Part shown: positions 19,984 through 28,965 of the stretch, in pieces
Layout of the letters: each line of letters begins with the position of its first letter
How positions within the stretch are numbered: position 1 is the stretch's first letter
DNA from: Gammaproteobacteria bacterium
GTDB lineage: Bacteria; Pseudomonadota; Gammaproteobacteria; CAJXQU01
Direction: 5' to 3'
DNA length: 64,000 bases
NCBI GenBank assembly: GCA_965238175.1
Contig: CBDEGZ010000003.1
Location: forward strand, 2,432,001-2,496,000
Translations under genes and position numbers: made by a program
Notes under the pieces: generated by a model
Seen by the model: only the letters and a program-made list of their open reading frames with translations
What the model was told of the DNA's origin: nothing
Database searches by the model: none

Positions 19984-20032
19984 GTCCCTGGTTCACTGAA
20001 TTATGGAGGTTCATTTTTTGTGACCCAGGGAC
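19984..20032. terminator. Stem-loop downstream of the porin gene, possible terminator
   Basis: GTCCCTGGTTCAC...GTGACCCAGGGAC inverted repeat; an A-run on the left becomes a T-tail on the minus strand. Confidence 0.4.
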
Positions 20033-20134
20033 AAAACAATGGATTTGTTACTATCTCCCAACCTTAAGGTTGGAGGGTAATTAATAGCATCATCCCACAA
20101 GCGTTTTACTACATATAGAAATCCCTTTCTTAAT

Positions 20135-21403
20135 CTAGAAGAACAAAATTATACCAACACTGAAGACATCGTTATCGATATCACCACCAGCCTGGTTTTC
20201 TGCTTCAAGATGTGAATATTCACCTGTTAGCATTACACCTGATGCAAGCGTATGATAAATCCCGCCAGTGATCTTGGTTTTCTCTTCAAGAACGGCAGTA
20301 CCTGCATCTACAGCGTTATCATCAAGATTGTTTACACCATAGTTGATACCATATTTGGTGTTACCTGCTGCATACGTTGCCTGCAGCAAATAACCATCAC
20401 TATCGCGTTCCTCACCTGTTGGATCAACGGCATCAATAAAGTAACCAGTATGACCTAAGCCCTGAGCATGATGGTATGTTCCTGTCAATGTCAGGTTAGA
20501 GAAACTATACTGACCTGTGAGATCAATACCATACGCCGTGTAATCGGATGTTAATGCACCAGCGCTAGCCTCTACTGATTGGGCGAGAAAAGTTGAGGAA
20601 ATAAACCCTCCGTTGAAATTAAATCTTAACCTGCCGTGTGCGCCTGGCAGCTCAGAACCAGTCTCAGCACCTGCGAATGTACCGCTGTTAAAGGAAAAAC
20701 TTGATAGGTTTAAAGGTTGGAAAAGACCAATTTGAGCGACCCACTGATCACTGGTTGGTATTGTCCAGGTAAGCTGGGTAATACGATCCAGGAAGATGTA
20801 ACCCGTACCAGCCGCACCTAACTGAGTGTTCACTGGGTTATTGACCAAAAAGTTACCACCCACTGAAGAAACAGACATATCCTGGAAAGTTGAGTCATAA
20901 GCAAAAACGCCCCAAGCACGACCGACCAATATCTGTCCTATGCTTTCGTTACCCAAAGTCATCCAGATACGAAAACCTGATCCATCATCACCGACATTGA
21001 ATGCTTCATTAGTATCTAACCCACGATCAAAAGTAGAGAAGACACCTATGTCATAACCACCAGCAGTTGTTGACAGACCGAATTCCAGTATCGTTGGCAA
21101 ATAACCATTAGTGATTGCGTTTGGATCCTGATCACCACCACACAAAAATGCCCCTACAACCAAGGCACCATTATCATCGCAAGTATTATATATATAACTT
21201 GCATTGAAATTCCCATGTACTGAGAACGTCCAGCCTTCATTTTCAATTTCAAAAGCATTGGCTGATAAAGAACCGATCGCACATAAACTTGCTACCGATA
21301 ACGTACTGATTTTTTTCCGCATTATTTTATTAATCATTTTTCCACTCCGTAATTTTGTTTTGTTTAATGTTTGTCTTTCCAGACTATTCGTTATTACTGT
21401 CAT
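20135..21403 (-). CDS. Outer-membrane porin (Gram-negative general/DcaP-like)
   Basis: Signal peptide ending SANA-F, alternating beta-strand pattern and C-terminal Phe (VFSVGIILFF). The true start is probably a later Met. Confidence 0.85.
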   Translation of the reverse strand: MTVITNSLERQTLNKTKLRSGKMINKIMRKKISTLSVASLCAIGSLSANAFEIENEGWTFSVHGNFNASYIYNTCDDNGALVVGAFLCGGDQDPNAITNGYLPTILEFGLSTTAGGYDIGVFSTFDRGLDTNEAFNVGDDGSGFRIWMTLGNESIGQILVGRAWGVFAYDSTFQDMSVSSVGGNFLVNNPVNTQLGAAGTGYIFLDRITQLTWTIPTSDQWVAQIGLFQPLNLSSFSFNSGTFAGAETGSELPGAHGRLRFNFNGGFISSTFLAQSVEASAGALTSDYTAYGIDLTGQYSFSNLTLTGTYHHAQGLGHTGYFIDAVDPTGEERDSDGYLLQATYAAGNTKYGINYGVNNLDDNAVDAGTAVLEEKTKITGGIYHTLASGVMLTGEYSHLEAENQAGGDIDNDVFSVGIILFF

Positions 21404-21673
21404 TTATTTCCCCCATAATTTCACTTAATCTAAACAGCTGCTATTTTTCTATCCAGTGCATCTTTAAGAATGTTCTATCTCTGAGACGCACCTCACCCCT
21501 GACACCTACATATCGCCATTTTTTCGAAGCCATTCTTCGAGAGTTAATTTTTTGAATTTCATCTACTGATTAATAGACGCTTATTCAATTTACTCTGGGT
21601 AAAATAACCTAGTAGCTTCGCCTCCTGGATTTTCAAAAATCCTTGTCTTACCGTATTTATACAAAAAATAAAG

Positions 21674-22081
21674 CTATCCGTACTTCTCCATTAAACCAGC
21701 GATGCGTTTTAAAAATATGGCATGCTCGCAGGCCTCTTCTGACGAATAAGAACCATCGAGTATTTCGACAGGTTCTCCTCGTACGCCGGAGGAAATACCT
21801 ATTCTGTAATCCTCAAACATGCGTACACAAACGCTCACGTATTTACCGGCCATTGGATGTCGGCGTAATTTATCAAGTAACGTTCTCAGATCCTGGCTAT
21901 GTTCTATTGCTGGCTGACCATTCTTAGGTGGTGTACCCACAGGGTTAGCTTTGTGTTCAGCAATCAGGCGACGACGTGATTCATCCTCAAACAACAGCGG
22001 CATTACATAGCGACGCGTCATGTGATCGTCAGCCCCTTCATAACCTTCGTTTGCTTGCACACCTTTTTGTTTATCTAACAT
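21674..22081 (-). CDS. N,N-dimethylformamidase small (alpha) subunit homolog
   Basis: LIAEHKANPVG...GKY...EEACEHAIFLKRI matches the DmfA1 pattern EEHAANPFG...EEEAMHAVFLRRI. Confidence 0.8.
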   Translation of the reverse strand: MLDKQKGVQANEGYEGADDHMTRRYVMPLLFEDESRRRLIAEHKANPVGTPPKNGQPAIEHSQDLRTLLDKLRRHPMAGKYVSVCVRMFEDYRIGISSGVRGEPVEILDGSYSSEEACEHAIFLKRIAGLMEKYG

Positions 22082-22129
22082 CTTGTATTCCTCTTAATTT
22101 CAAGTAATAAGTGCTATGACCTTTATTCA

Positions 22130-22498
22130 TCAATGGTTTCGACAAGGTGTAAATTCACCGCGCTCATCTTTAATGCGCTGCGCTTCCTCTTGCGCCAGTT
22201 CTGGTGAGTCGTAAACTTTGTCCTCAAACAATATGATAGGTTTTGCACGATCTGCATTGAGTTGTCCCACACACCACTGTTTATCCGGTTTAATACAAAC
22301 GACGACATAAGCACCTGAGATCGCTCCATACTTATTGTTGTTCAGCTTGAACAGGCATTCAGCTACATCGATAACCTTTTCCTCATCAAGCGACTCCATC
22401 ACCAATTTTTCTAAATCGTTAGGCGGAATCGAACTTGCACCAAGTTCAGATTTGCCCGGTGGTGGATCCAACATGTCGGGGTGTTGATTTATTGTCAT
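22130..22498 (-). CDS. Small protein resembling the C-terminal half of the DMFase small subunit
   Basis: GAYVVVCIKPDKQWCVGQL..DR.KPI.L..DKVYDSPELAQ aligns by eye with GKYVSVCVRMFEDYRIG....RGEPVEI.DGSYSSEEAC of the neighbouring gene. Has a GAGG RBS. Confidence 0.6.
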   Translation of the reverse strand: MTINQHPDMLDPPPGKSELGASSIPPNDLEKLVMESLDEEKVIDVAECLFKLNNNKYGAISGAYVVVCIKPDKQWCVGQLNADRAKPIILFEDKVYDSPELAQEEAQRIKDERGEFTPCRNH

Positions 22499-22524
22499 AT
22501 CACTATCCTCATGTGGTTTTACGT

Positions 22525-24888
22525 TTAAGGTAAATCACCTTCTTTCAAGAAGCCTTTGATCGCATTTTCAGTCAGCCTGGAGACGTTGTTGTTGTAGTTG
22601 TTGTGCGAAAGGCTGCCGCACCATGACAATGATCCTGGTGCGAAGGTTGCTCCACCATTTGGTGTTTTGTAATAGACCATGTCTGCACGCACCATTGGAT
22701 TTTCCGTACCGCTGCCGTGATAACCGCGGACAGAGAAATGAATTTCTTCGTTAACCTGCAGCATTAGATTGGTGTGCCCTTCTGAATGCGCTAATAGATA
22801 TGCGTCGTGCGGTGTACCGAATTCCAGGTCGTAGCGATCAAGTTCCAGACCGGCGGCACCGCCACCAACTAAGCCGAAGTCACCAATTTTTTCGCCATTA
22901 CCAATACCTTCCATAATCCAGGCAGTTTCTGGCAACTCACTGTCCTTATCACGCACATAATAAGAAGACACATCGAAACCATAAGCTGTGAAAGTCAGGC
23001 CACAAAGCTTACTTGGAATACGTCCTCGTGCACGCCACATGCCACCGTACTTACCATCAAAGGCGTTATTGTATTCACCAGGATTAGCTGTCCAGGCACG
23101 GGTACCTGCTTCGCCTTTACGTACTTCAATAATGTTGGAATTATCTGGATGATATTGACTGATCCAATAGAAACCATTCGCACCCAGATAGATCCAGCGT
23201 CCACCTTCCTGCTGATATCTCTCATAAGCTGAGAACATGTTTTCTGAGGTATATTCAGGGTGACTACCCGTCAATACCGTTCGATATTTATTCAGTAAAG
23301 CAACGCCTTCACGATCCAAATCTTCATCAGTATGAACGTCATAATCGAAGCCTTTTTCATCCAGCCAGTCAATTAAGTGCAGGTCACCATTAAGTTGCCA
23401 AAGCGATGGAGACAACCAGTGACGATACTTGGGACGCATGTTCAGAATTGGACGCAAACGTGATGAATAGCTCACACCACTCCCATCGGAATGTAATGAA
23501 TAGGTAGATAAACCATATTCCCTATGCTCATTCAGATACAAATCTGAAGCAGTCATAACCGGAACCTTACCAGCGAGCAATTCAGCAACAACACAGTTAG
23601 TCGCCAGGTTATCGTTGGAATACGCCATATAGGAATTAGTCGGTAAGATAAACGCTAGTTTTGAGGTAGTTGTACCGCGTGGGGGACGTATAACAAAGGG
23701 AATATAATCTTCTGTTTCTGGCGAATCCACACCACCGATCCTCAGGCGTGCAGCATATACACCACTTTTCAGATTGTCAGGAACTGTCAGTTCAAAGTCC
23801 ACATCCCAGCGAGCATCATCGATATCGTCATCGTGGAAATGAATAGCACCGTATTCTTCTGGTTTATGATGATAAACAATCTCGTCACCAGTCCAATTAA
23901 AACCGGTCATACCTCGACATGGCATATTTACAATGTAACCGTGGAGTCGAGAAGTCGACAGATCAAGAATATGTGTACTTGCAATATTCTTAGTGATGTT
24001 GGCATGAAAATCCCAAGCTCCGATCACATCATTGCGCACATCAGGATGACAATATTGAAAACCGCGTGCCAACGCTTCGATTTCTGCTTTAGAGAGGGCA
24101 CGACGAGATAATCTAGGTCGATCGATCTTACCGTTATAAGTAGCACCGCGAGTTTGTTCTGGCAACTCAATCGCTTCAGGAGCTTCCTTAAAGTGTGCTC
24201 CAGAAATACTACGTCCTGATCGCTCAGTCCAGGTACTAGCAGCCATCAGAAATGGGGCATCATTTATTCCTGGCTTCATACTGTTAATCGATTCAACAGT
24301 TGCTGTAGTTTCTTCAGCAGGGTTCAGAATACCTTGTCCCAGACCACCATTGGTTGGAGTCACAACAGGCTCTTGATAAAGAGTGACTTTGCCTGTTCGT
24401 GCATCGTAGCTAACTGCCGCAAGATACCAGACCTTTCGTAATAATTTCTTATCACTGGAAATTTTCATTACCTGCCCAGAACCATTACCAATTCTTGCTT
24501 CCAGGCAACCATTTTTATCGATAAATAATCCGTAACCACTTTCCGAATGATCAACCCATTTGGTTAGAAGCCCCTGACGTCCTTTCTCAGGTGTGGTTGG
24601 AAAGATATAGCACTGCAATGTAAAACTTTCTACATTCAGGCGTTCATCCTGTGGAACGATAATATAAGAACCACCATGAATTTTTTGATTACGTCCTGGA
24701 TAACTTTTATTGCAGGATGCACTAATTTCCTCTTCTTTATATCCAGGACCTTCCGGGTTGGTATCACCATGGATCAAACGTACGAGTTGGGTATCGTAGA
24801 CCTCGTCTTCCTCGGAATTAATATAGAACTTAATATTATCCCCGGGACATATAGAATATTTATCGCTATAACCAGTAATTCTTAACAT
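22525..24888 (-). CDS. N,N-dimethylformamidase large (beta) subunit homolog
   Basis: 787 aa with N-terminal TGYSD...RLIHGD.NPEGPG, a LamG-like insert, and active-site-like motifs SYMAYSN, GLSTY..H.DGSG, GSHPEY and AAGLELD. Confidence 0.92.
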   Translation of the reverse strand: MLRITGYSDKYSICPGDNIKFYINSEEDEVYDTQLVRLIHGDTNPEGPGYKEEEISASCNKSYPGRNQKIHGGSYIIVPQDERLNVESFTLQCYIFPTTPEKGRQGLLTKWVDHSESGYGLFIDKNGCLEARIGNGSGQVMKISSDKKLLRKVWYLAAVSYDARTGKVTLYQEPVVTPTNGGLGQGILNPAEETTATVESINSMKPGINDAPFLMAASTWTERSGRSISGAHFKEAPEAIELPEQTRGATYNGKIDRPRLSRRALSKAEIEALARGFQYCHPDVRNDVIGAWDFHANITKNIASTHILDLSTSRLHGYIVNMPCRGMTGFNWTGDEIVYHHKPEEYGAIHFHDDDIDDARWDVDFELTVPDNLKSGVYAARLRIGGVDSPETEDYIPFVIRPPRGTTTSKLAFILPTNSYMAYSNDNLATNCVVAELLAGKVPVMTASDLYLNEHREYGLSTYSLHSDGSGVSYSSRLRPILNMRPKYRHWLSPSLWQLNGDLHLIDWLDEKGFDYDVHTDEDLDREGVALLNKYRTVLTGSHPEYTSENMFSAYERYQQEGGRWIYLGANGFYWISQYHPDNSNIIEVRKGEAGTRAWTANPGEYNNAFDGKYGGMWRARGRIPSKLCGLTFTAYGFDVSSYYVRDKDSELPETAWIMEGIGNGEKIGDFGLVGGGAAGLELDRYDLEFGTPHDAYLLAHSEGHTNLMLQVNEEIHFSVRGYHGSGTENPMVRADMVYYKTPNGGATFAPGSLSWCGSLSHNNYNNNVSRLTENAIKGFLKEGDLP

Positions 24889-24936
24889 GATATTTCCTCA
24901 AACTTTTATTAAATAGAAATGACAGCTTCTCAATTT

Positions 24937-26880
24937 TTAATTGTAAGCAACTCTTTCAATTTCCTTTTCCGGCGTGGTCGACATCCGCATTTTATTAGCT
25001 AGAAACCAGATCATAAGTACACCGAGTGCCCACCAAATAATCTGCCATGCCCAGAGAGATGGCATTCGGAAAACCCAAGCGTCATAACCTGCATTTGGTT
25101 CTCCGAATAAAACATTGCCTAATAGTGATCCCGGACCAATAGCAAAAAACATCCACACCATCACCATCACACCTGCCACAGGTTTCGACCAACGATCACA
25201 AACCTCTGAAGCTGTGTATTCATGGAAAAAATCGTGAAAGGAATCTCGCCACTTACGATCATCGATATCCTCGCGTGAAGAAGCAGAAACAATCAGACAG
25301 ATAACAAGGTTGAAAAACATACCCCAGGCAGCGGAATGAATAGTCCATGGCCATACACCCCATGGCAGCGAACCACCTGTGAGTTTCTGACCTAACGGCT
25401 CAGTCAAAACAACTGCAATCAAACCGACGATTAAACCTGCTGTTGCCGCACTCCGGGTGATAAATGAGAACCAGGTTACTGCTAACAGTGAAGGCCACAG
25501 TTGGAATGCACAGGCAATGGCTAAGCCGCCTAACAGCATGGTTGCTTCCATCGAAAAAGAAGCCAGTAGCATTGCCGCAAGGAACACCAAACCTGTGCAC
25601 AGACGTGCAACCAACATCTGTTTCTTATGGTCAGCTTCGGGCTCCAGAAAACGAAGATAAATATCACGAGCCAAGATGCTGCCCGTGGTTGACATAAAGG
25701 CAGAACCGGTAGCTTGTAATGCTGCAATAGCACACACAGCCAGGAAACCAATTAGCCAGGGCAAGCTTCCACCGATCAATTTGATATAGTGCGCAACCAA
25801 TTCATTTTGTTGATGCTCTGATAAGACAGGCAATAAATTAGCAACTGCAAAACCAGCTTCGTTAACATCGGCGTTGGCACCTAACAAATGAGCACTGACA
25901 CCCTGAAAGGTTGCAAAAACAAACATCAGAATGCCAACAACACATGCAGCACCCCAAATCTGATGAATCGCAAAACCCCGTGGTGAACGGCTGGCAAAAC
26001 CTAACATGGAAAATGAAGGTGACGCCTGAATACCCATAACTGACATCATGAAGGTCAGGATCATAATAGAGGTCCAGGGACCTCCCGTTGGTGTTTCAAC
26101 ACCTAATCCGCTTGTCCATTGAATAACCCCTGGCACTGCAAAATAACCGGGGAAATTACCACCACCTAGACCTTTAGTTTCAGCCGAATGACTGGCTAGG
26201 TTTTGCGCGATATTAGCCAAACCAGCATTCAATGAGTCGAAGCCGCCTACAAGATCTAAAGCGTACGTTCCCAACACCACCATGCCCAGTATAAAGAGAG
26301 CACATTGCACAACCGCAACTTTAGCAACAGCTTGCATACCGCCTATAACACAGTAGAGCAACACAAAACCTGAGAGACCCCACATAGCAACTGTGCGAGA
26401 CACTTCTCCATTAGTTAGCTCGCTGATCAGGAAGCCGGAAGCACCAAAGAGAATGGCAACAAAAGGAATACCAAATAGCAGGGCAATGAAGACAGAGATA
26501 AGACGTAATGTATTACCCTTAAAATAATCTGCCAACATCTCACCAGATGTCACATAGCCGAAGCGTTGACCTAACATCCACTGCCGTTTAAGTAAGACAA
26601 CACCACTCAAAGCAACAGCCACTGCGTAAAAAGACGCGTTGGCGAACTGAAAACCATCTCGAAAAACTAGTCCAGGATGTCCTATAAAAGTCCATCCTGC
26701 AAAAGAAACCCCAGTAGCGGCAAGCGCAAAAACCCATGGCGACAAACTTCTTCCAGCGAGAAAATAATCGCTAGCAGTGTCCACACGTCGGCACGCACGC
26801 ACGCCCCAGAAGAAGCAATACGCCCAGTAAAGCATCAAAAAAACTAGCAGCCAGGCGGTATTATCAGTCATGTTATTCAA
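24937..26880 (-). CDS. Sodium:solute symporter (SSS family)
   Basis: Motifs DYFLAGRSL, SFAGWTFIGHPG and GYVT.GEML.DYF, with about 15 hydrophobic helices. Confidence 0.9.
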   Translation of the reverse strand: MNNMTDNTAWLLVFLMLYWAYCFFWGVRACRRVDTASDYFLAGRSLSPWVFALAATGVSFAGWTFIGHPGLVFRDGFQFANASFYAVAVALSGVVLLKRQWMLGQRFGYVTSGEMLADYFKGNTLRLISVFIALLFGIPFVAILFGASGFLISELTNGEVSRTVAMWGLSGFVLLYCVIGGMQAVAKVAVVQCALFILGMVVLGTYALDLVGGFDSLNAGLANIAQNLASHSAETKGLGGGNFPGYFAVPGVIQWTSGLGVETPTGGPWTSIMILTFMMSVMGIQASPSFSMLGFASRSPRGFAIHQIWGAACVVGILMFVFATFQGVSAHLLGANADVNEAGFAVANLLPVLSEHQQNELVAHYIKLIGGSLPWLIGFLAVCAIAALQATGSAFMSTTGSILARDIYLRFLEPEADHKKQMLVARLCTGLVFLAAMLLASFSMEATMLLGGLAIACAFQLWPSLLAVTWFSFITRSAATAGLIVGLIAVVLTEPLGQKLTGGSLPWGVWPWTIHSAAWGMFFNLVICLIVSASSREDIDDRKWRDSFHDFFHEYTASEVCDRWSKPVAGVMVMVWMFFAIGPGSLLGNVLFGEPNAGYDAWVFRMPSLWAWQIIWWALGVLMIWFLANKMRMSTTPEKEIERVAYN

Positions 26881-26904
26881 TACTCCTTAATACATTTGTC
26901 AGGG

Positions 26905-28926
26905 TTACGTATTAGCCCGGTCACTCTCAGAACTACCGCCATTCCCATCTTTGTAATCCCCAAGAATATTTGTAATATTGCCAATTTCGTTTGGCGACAT
27001 ACCAATTTCATTGAGCAGGTTGTCAACGAATGGCATTTGTGCGCGATAACGCAGAGCTGAATTTACAATGTTGTCAGATAGACTACTTTGAGATCCTCCC
27101 AAGTCACTATTCACAGGACCTAAGCCTCCACCATCACCGTTTACACTTGCGCTGCTACCATTGAAACCAGGCATACCATTAACTTCATAAATCTTGATAC
27201 CGTCGATGTTTTCCATCGGTCTAACCGCTTCGCGGATAATCGAATCAAGATTCTTAGCCAACTGCATACGCAGATCACTTTGACGACTTTTATCGCTTCG
27301 AGCATTTTCAGCCTCATTCAGCATCAACCTGCCGGCAGCATCCACTTCGTAACGCAGCTTGCTCGCCAAAGAACTATGCTTCTCTGCCTGTTCACGTTCC
27401 TGAGATGCTTCTTTCTCGGCTTTGGCAAGAGTTGTAATTTGAATTGCTTCGCTTTCACCTTCTTGTGTGGCATGGATCAGTTTCAGTTTCTTATGTCGCT
27501 CAGCAACCTCGACTTCCCTTGCTGATGAAACCTGCTCCTCGGCAACGACTGTTTGTGCACGCATCTGCTCTTTAACTTCGTTTGCTTTAAGCACCTGCAC
27601 AGATTTTTCTGTTACGGCCAACTCACGATCATGTTCCTCAATCTCAAGTTGTTTACGTTTTTCAATTTCACGTGTTTTGGTTTTTTCTTCGTTTTCAATA
27701 CGCGTGGTTTCAATAGCACGCTGCTGCTCGATTTTTGATTTCTTAACGCTTTCTTCCGCTTTCAATTGAGCCTGCTCAGCTTCACGGTAACGTTCAGACT
27801 CCTCCTTAACCACATCAGATTTTTGCTGAGCGCGACGCTTAGCAACTTCTTCTTCCTGTGCTAATCGAGCAAACTCATTATCCTTCTCAATTTCCAGCGA
27901 TCTGATTTCACTTTCGAGATTTTTCTGTTTAATTTCAATCTCAGTTTGCCTTTCAATTTCGTTGCGCAGTTTTTTTCGTTCTTCTATCTGCAACGTCAAC
28001 TTGTGTTCACGTAACGAGCGCTCAACTTCAATCGTGTCCTGTTGAGATATACGTGCTTTTTCAACTTCCTCAACGGCATTGATTTTGGCTTCTTCTGCAA
28101 CACGTTCCTGTTCCGCACGCTCAATTGCTATTTCTGTTTGCTCTTTGGCACGTTGCATGGCAATTGCACGTTCTTGCATAAGACGTGCAAACTCTCTTTC
28201 CTTATCAATTTCCAGCGTGCGCTGTTCAGTTTCGAGATTTTTAGATCGAATTTTAATCGCTGTATCCTGCTCGATATCATTACGTTTTTTCTTACGGGAT
28301 TCGATTTGCTCAGTCAGTTGAGTTAGACCTTCAGCATCGAATACATTGGAAGGATTGAAGACTTCCAGACCGGCCTGATCTAATCCAGTCAGGGAAACAG
28401 CTTCTAACTCAAGCCCCGTTTCGCTGAGTGAATCTTTAACCAATGCCTTAACAGCCTTGATATATTCGCCACGCTTTTCCTGTATTTCTTCCATGGTCAT
28501 TTGTGCAGCGACAACACCTAACGCATCAATGAAACGACCCTGAACTAACTCACGCAAGCTCTCTGGCTCCAATGTCCGCTTACCCAGAGAACCCGCTGCT
28601 ACAGATACAGCTTCTTTTGTGGGAGTGACGCGAACATAAAATTCGGCCACAATTTCCACCCGCATACGGTTCTTTGTGATAAAGGACTTATCTCCACCAC
28701 GTCGTACCTCAATACGCAAAGTCCTCATACCAACTGTTGTGATGTTATGAATGATGGGTAATACAAATGCACCGCCACTCAGAACAATTTTTTCACCTCC
28801 AAGACCGGTTCTGACAAACGAAACTTCTTTGGACGAACGGCGATAAAGCCAATGTAATAGATAAACCGCGATAGCAATGGTAAGTGCTACCAGAATGATT
28901 ACTGCAATAATGTCTGCACCAGTCAT
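26905..28926 (-). CDS. Flotillin/SPFH (YqiK-like) protein
   Basis: N-terminal TM helix, SPFH motifs FVRTGLGG and GLELEAVSLT.LDQ...F..NVFDAEGL, a long E/A/K coiled coil and a C-terminal PMENIDGIKI. Confidence 0.93.
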   Translation of the reverse strand: MTGADIIAVIILVALTIAIAVYLLHWLYRRSSKEVSFVRTGLGGEKIVLSGGAFVLPIIHNITTVGMRTLRIEVRRGGDKSFITKNRMRVEIVAEFYVRVTPTKEAVSVAAGSLGKRTLEPESLRELVQGRFIDALGVVAAQMTMEEIQEKRGEYIKAVKALVKDSLSETGLELEAVSLTGLDQAGLEVFNPSNVFDAEGLTQLTEQIESRKKKRNDIEQDTAIKIRSKNLETEQRTLEIDKEREFARLMQERAIAMQRAKEQTEIAIERAEQERVAEEAKINAVEEVEKARISQQDTIEVERSLREHKLTLQIEERKKLRNEIERQTEIEIKQKNLESEIRSLEIEKDNEFARLAQEEEVAKRRAQQKSDVVKEESERYREAEQAQLKAEESVKKSKIEQQRAIETTRIENEEKTKTREIEKRKQLEIEEHDRELAVTEKSVQVLKANEVKEQMRAQTVVAEEQVSSAREVEVAERHKKLKLIHATQEGESEAIQITTLAKAEKEASQEREQAEKHSSLASKLRYEVDAAGRLMLNEAENARSDKSRQSDLRMQLAKNLDSIIREAVRPMENIDGIKIYEVNGMPGFNGSSASVNGDGGGLGPVNSDLGGSQSSLSDNIVNSALRYRAQMPFVDNLLNEIGMSPNEIGNITNILGDYKDGNGGSSESDRANT

Positions 28927-28965
28927 AATTTCTTACTCCTCAATAATATAGTTCTGATTATTCTG

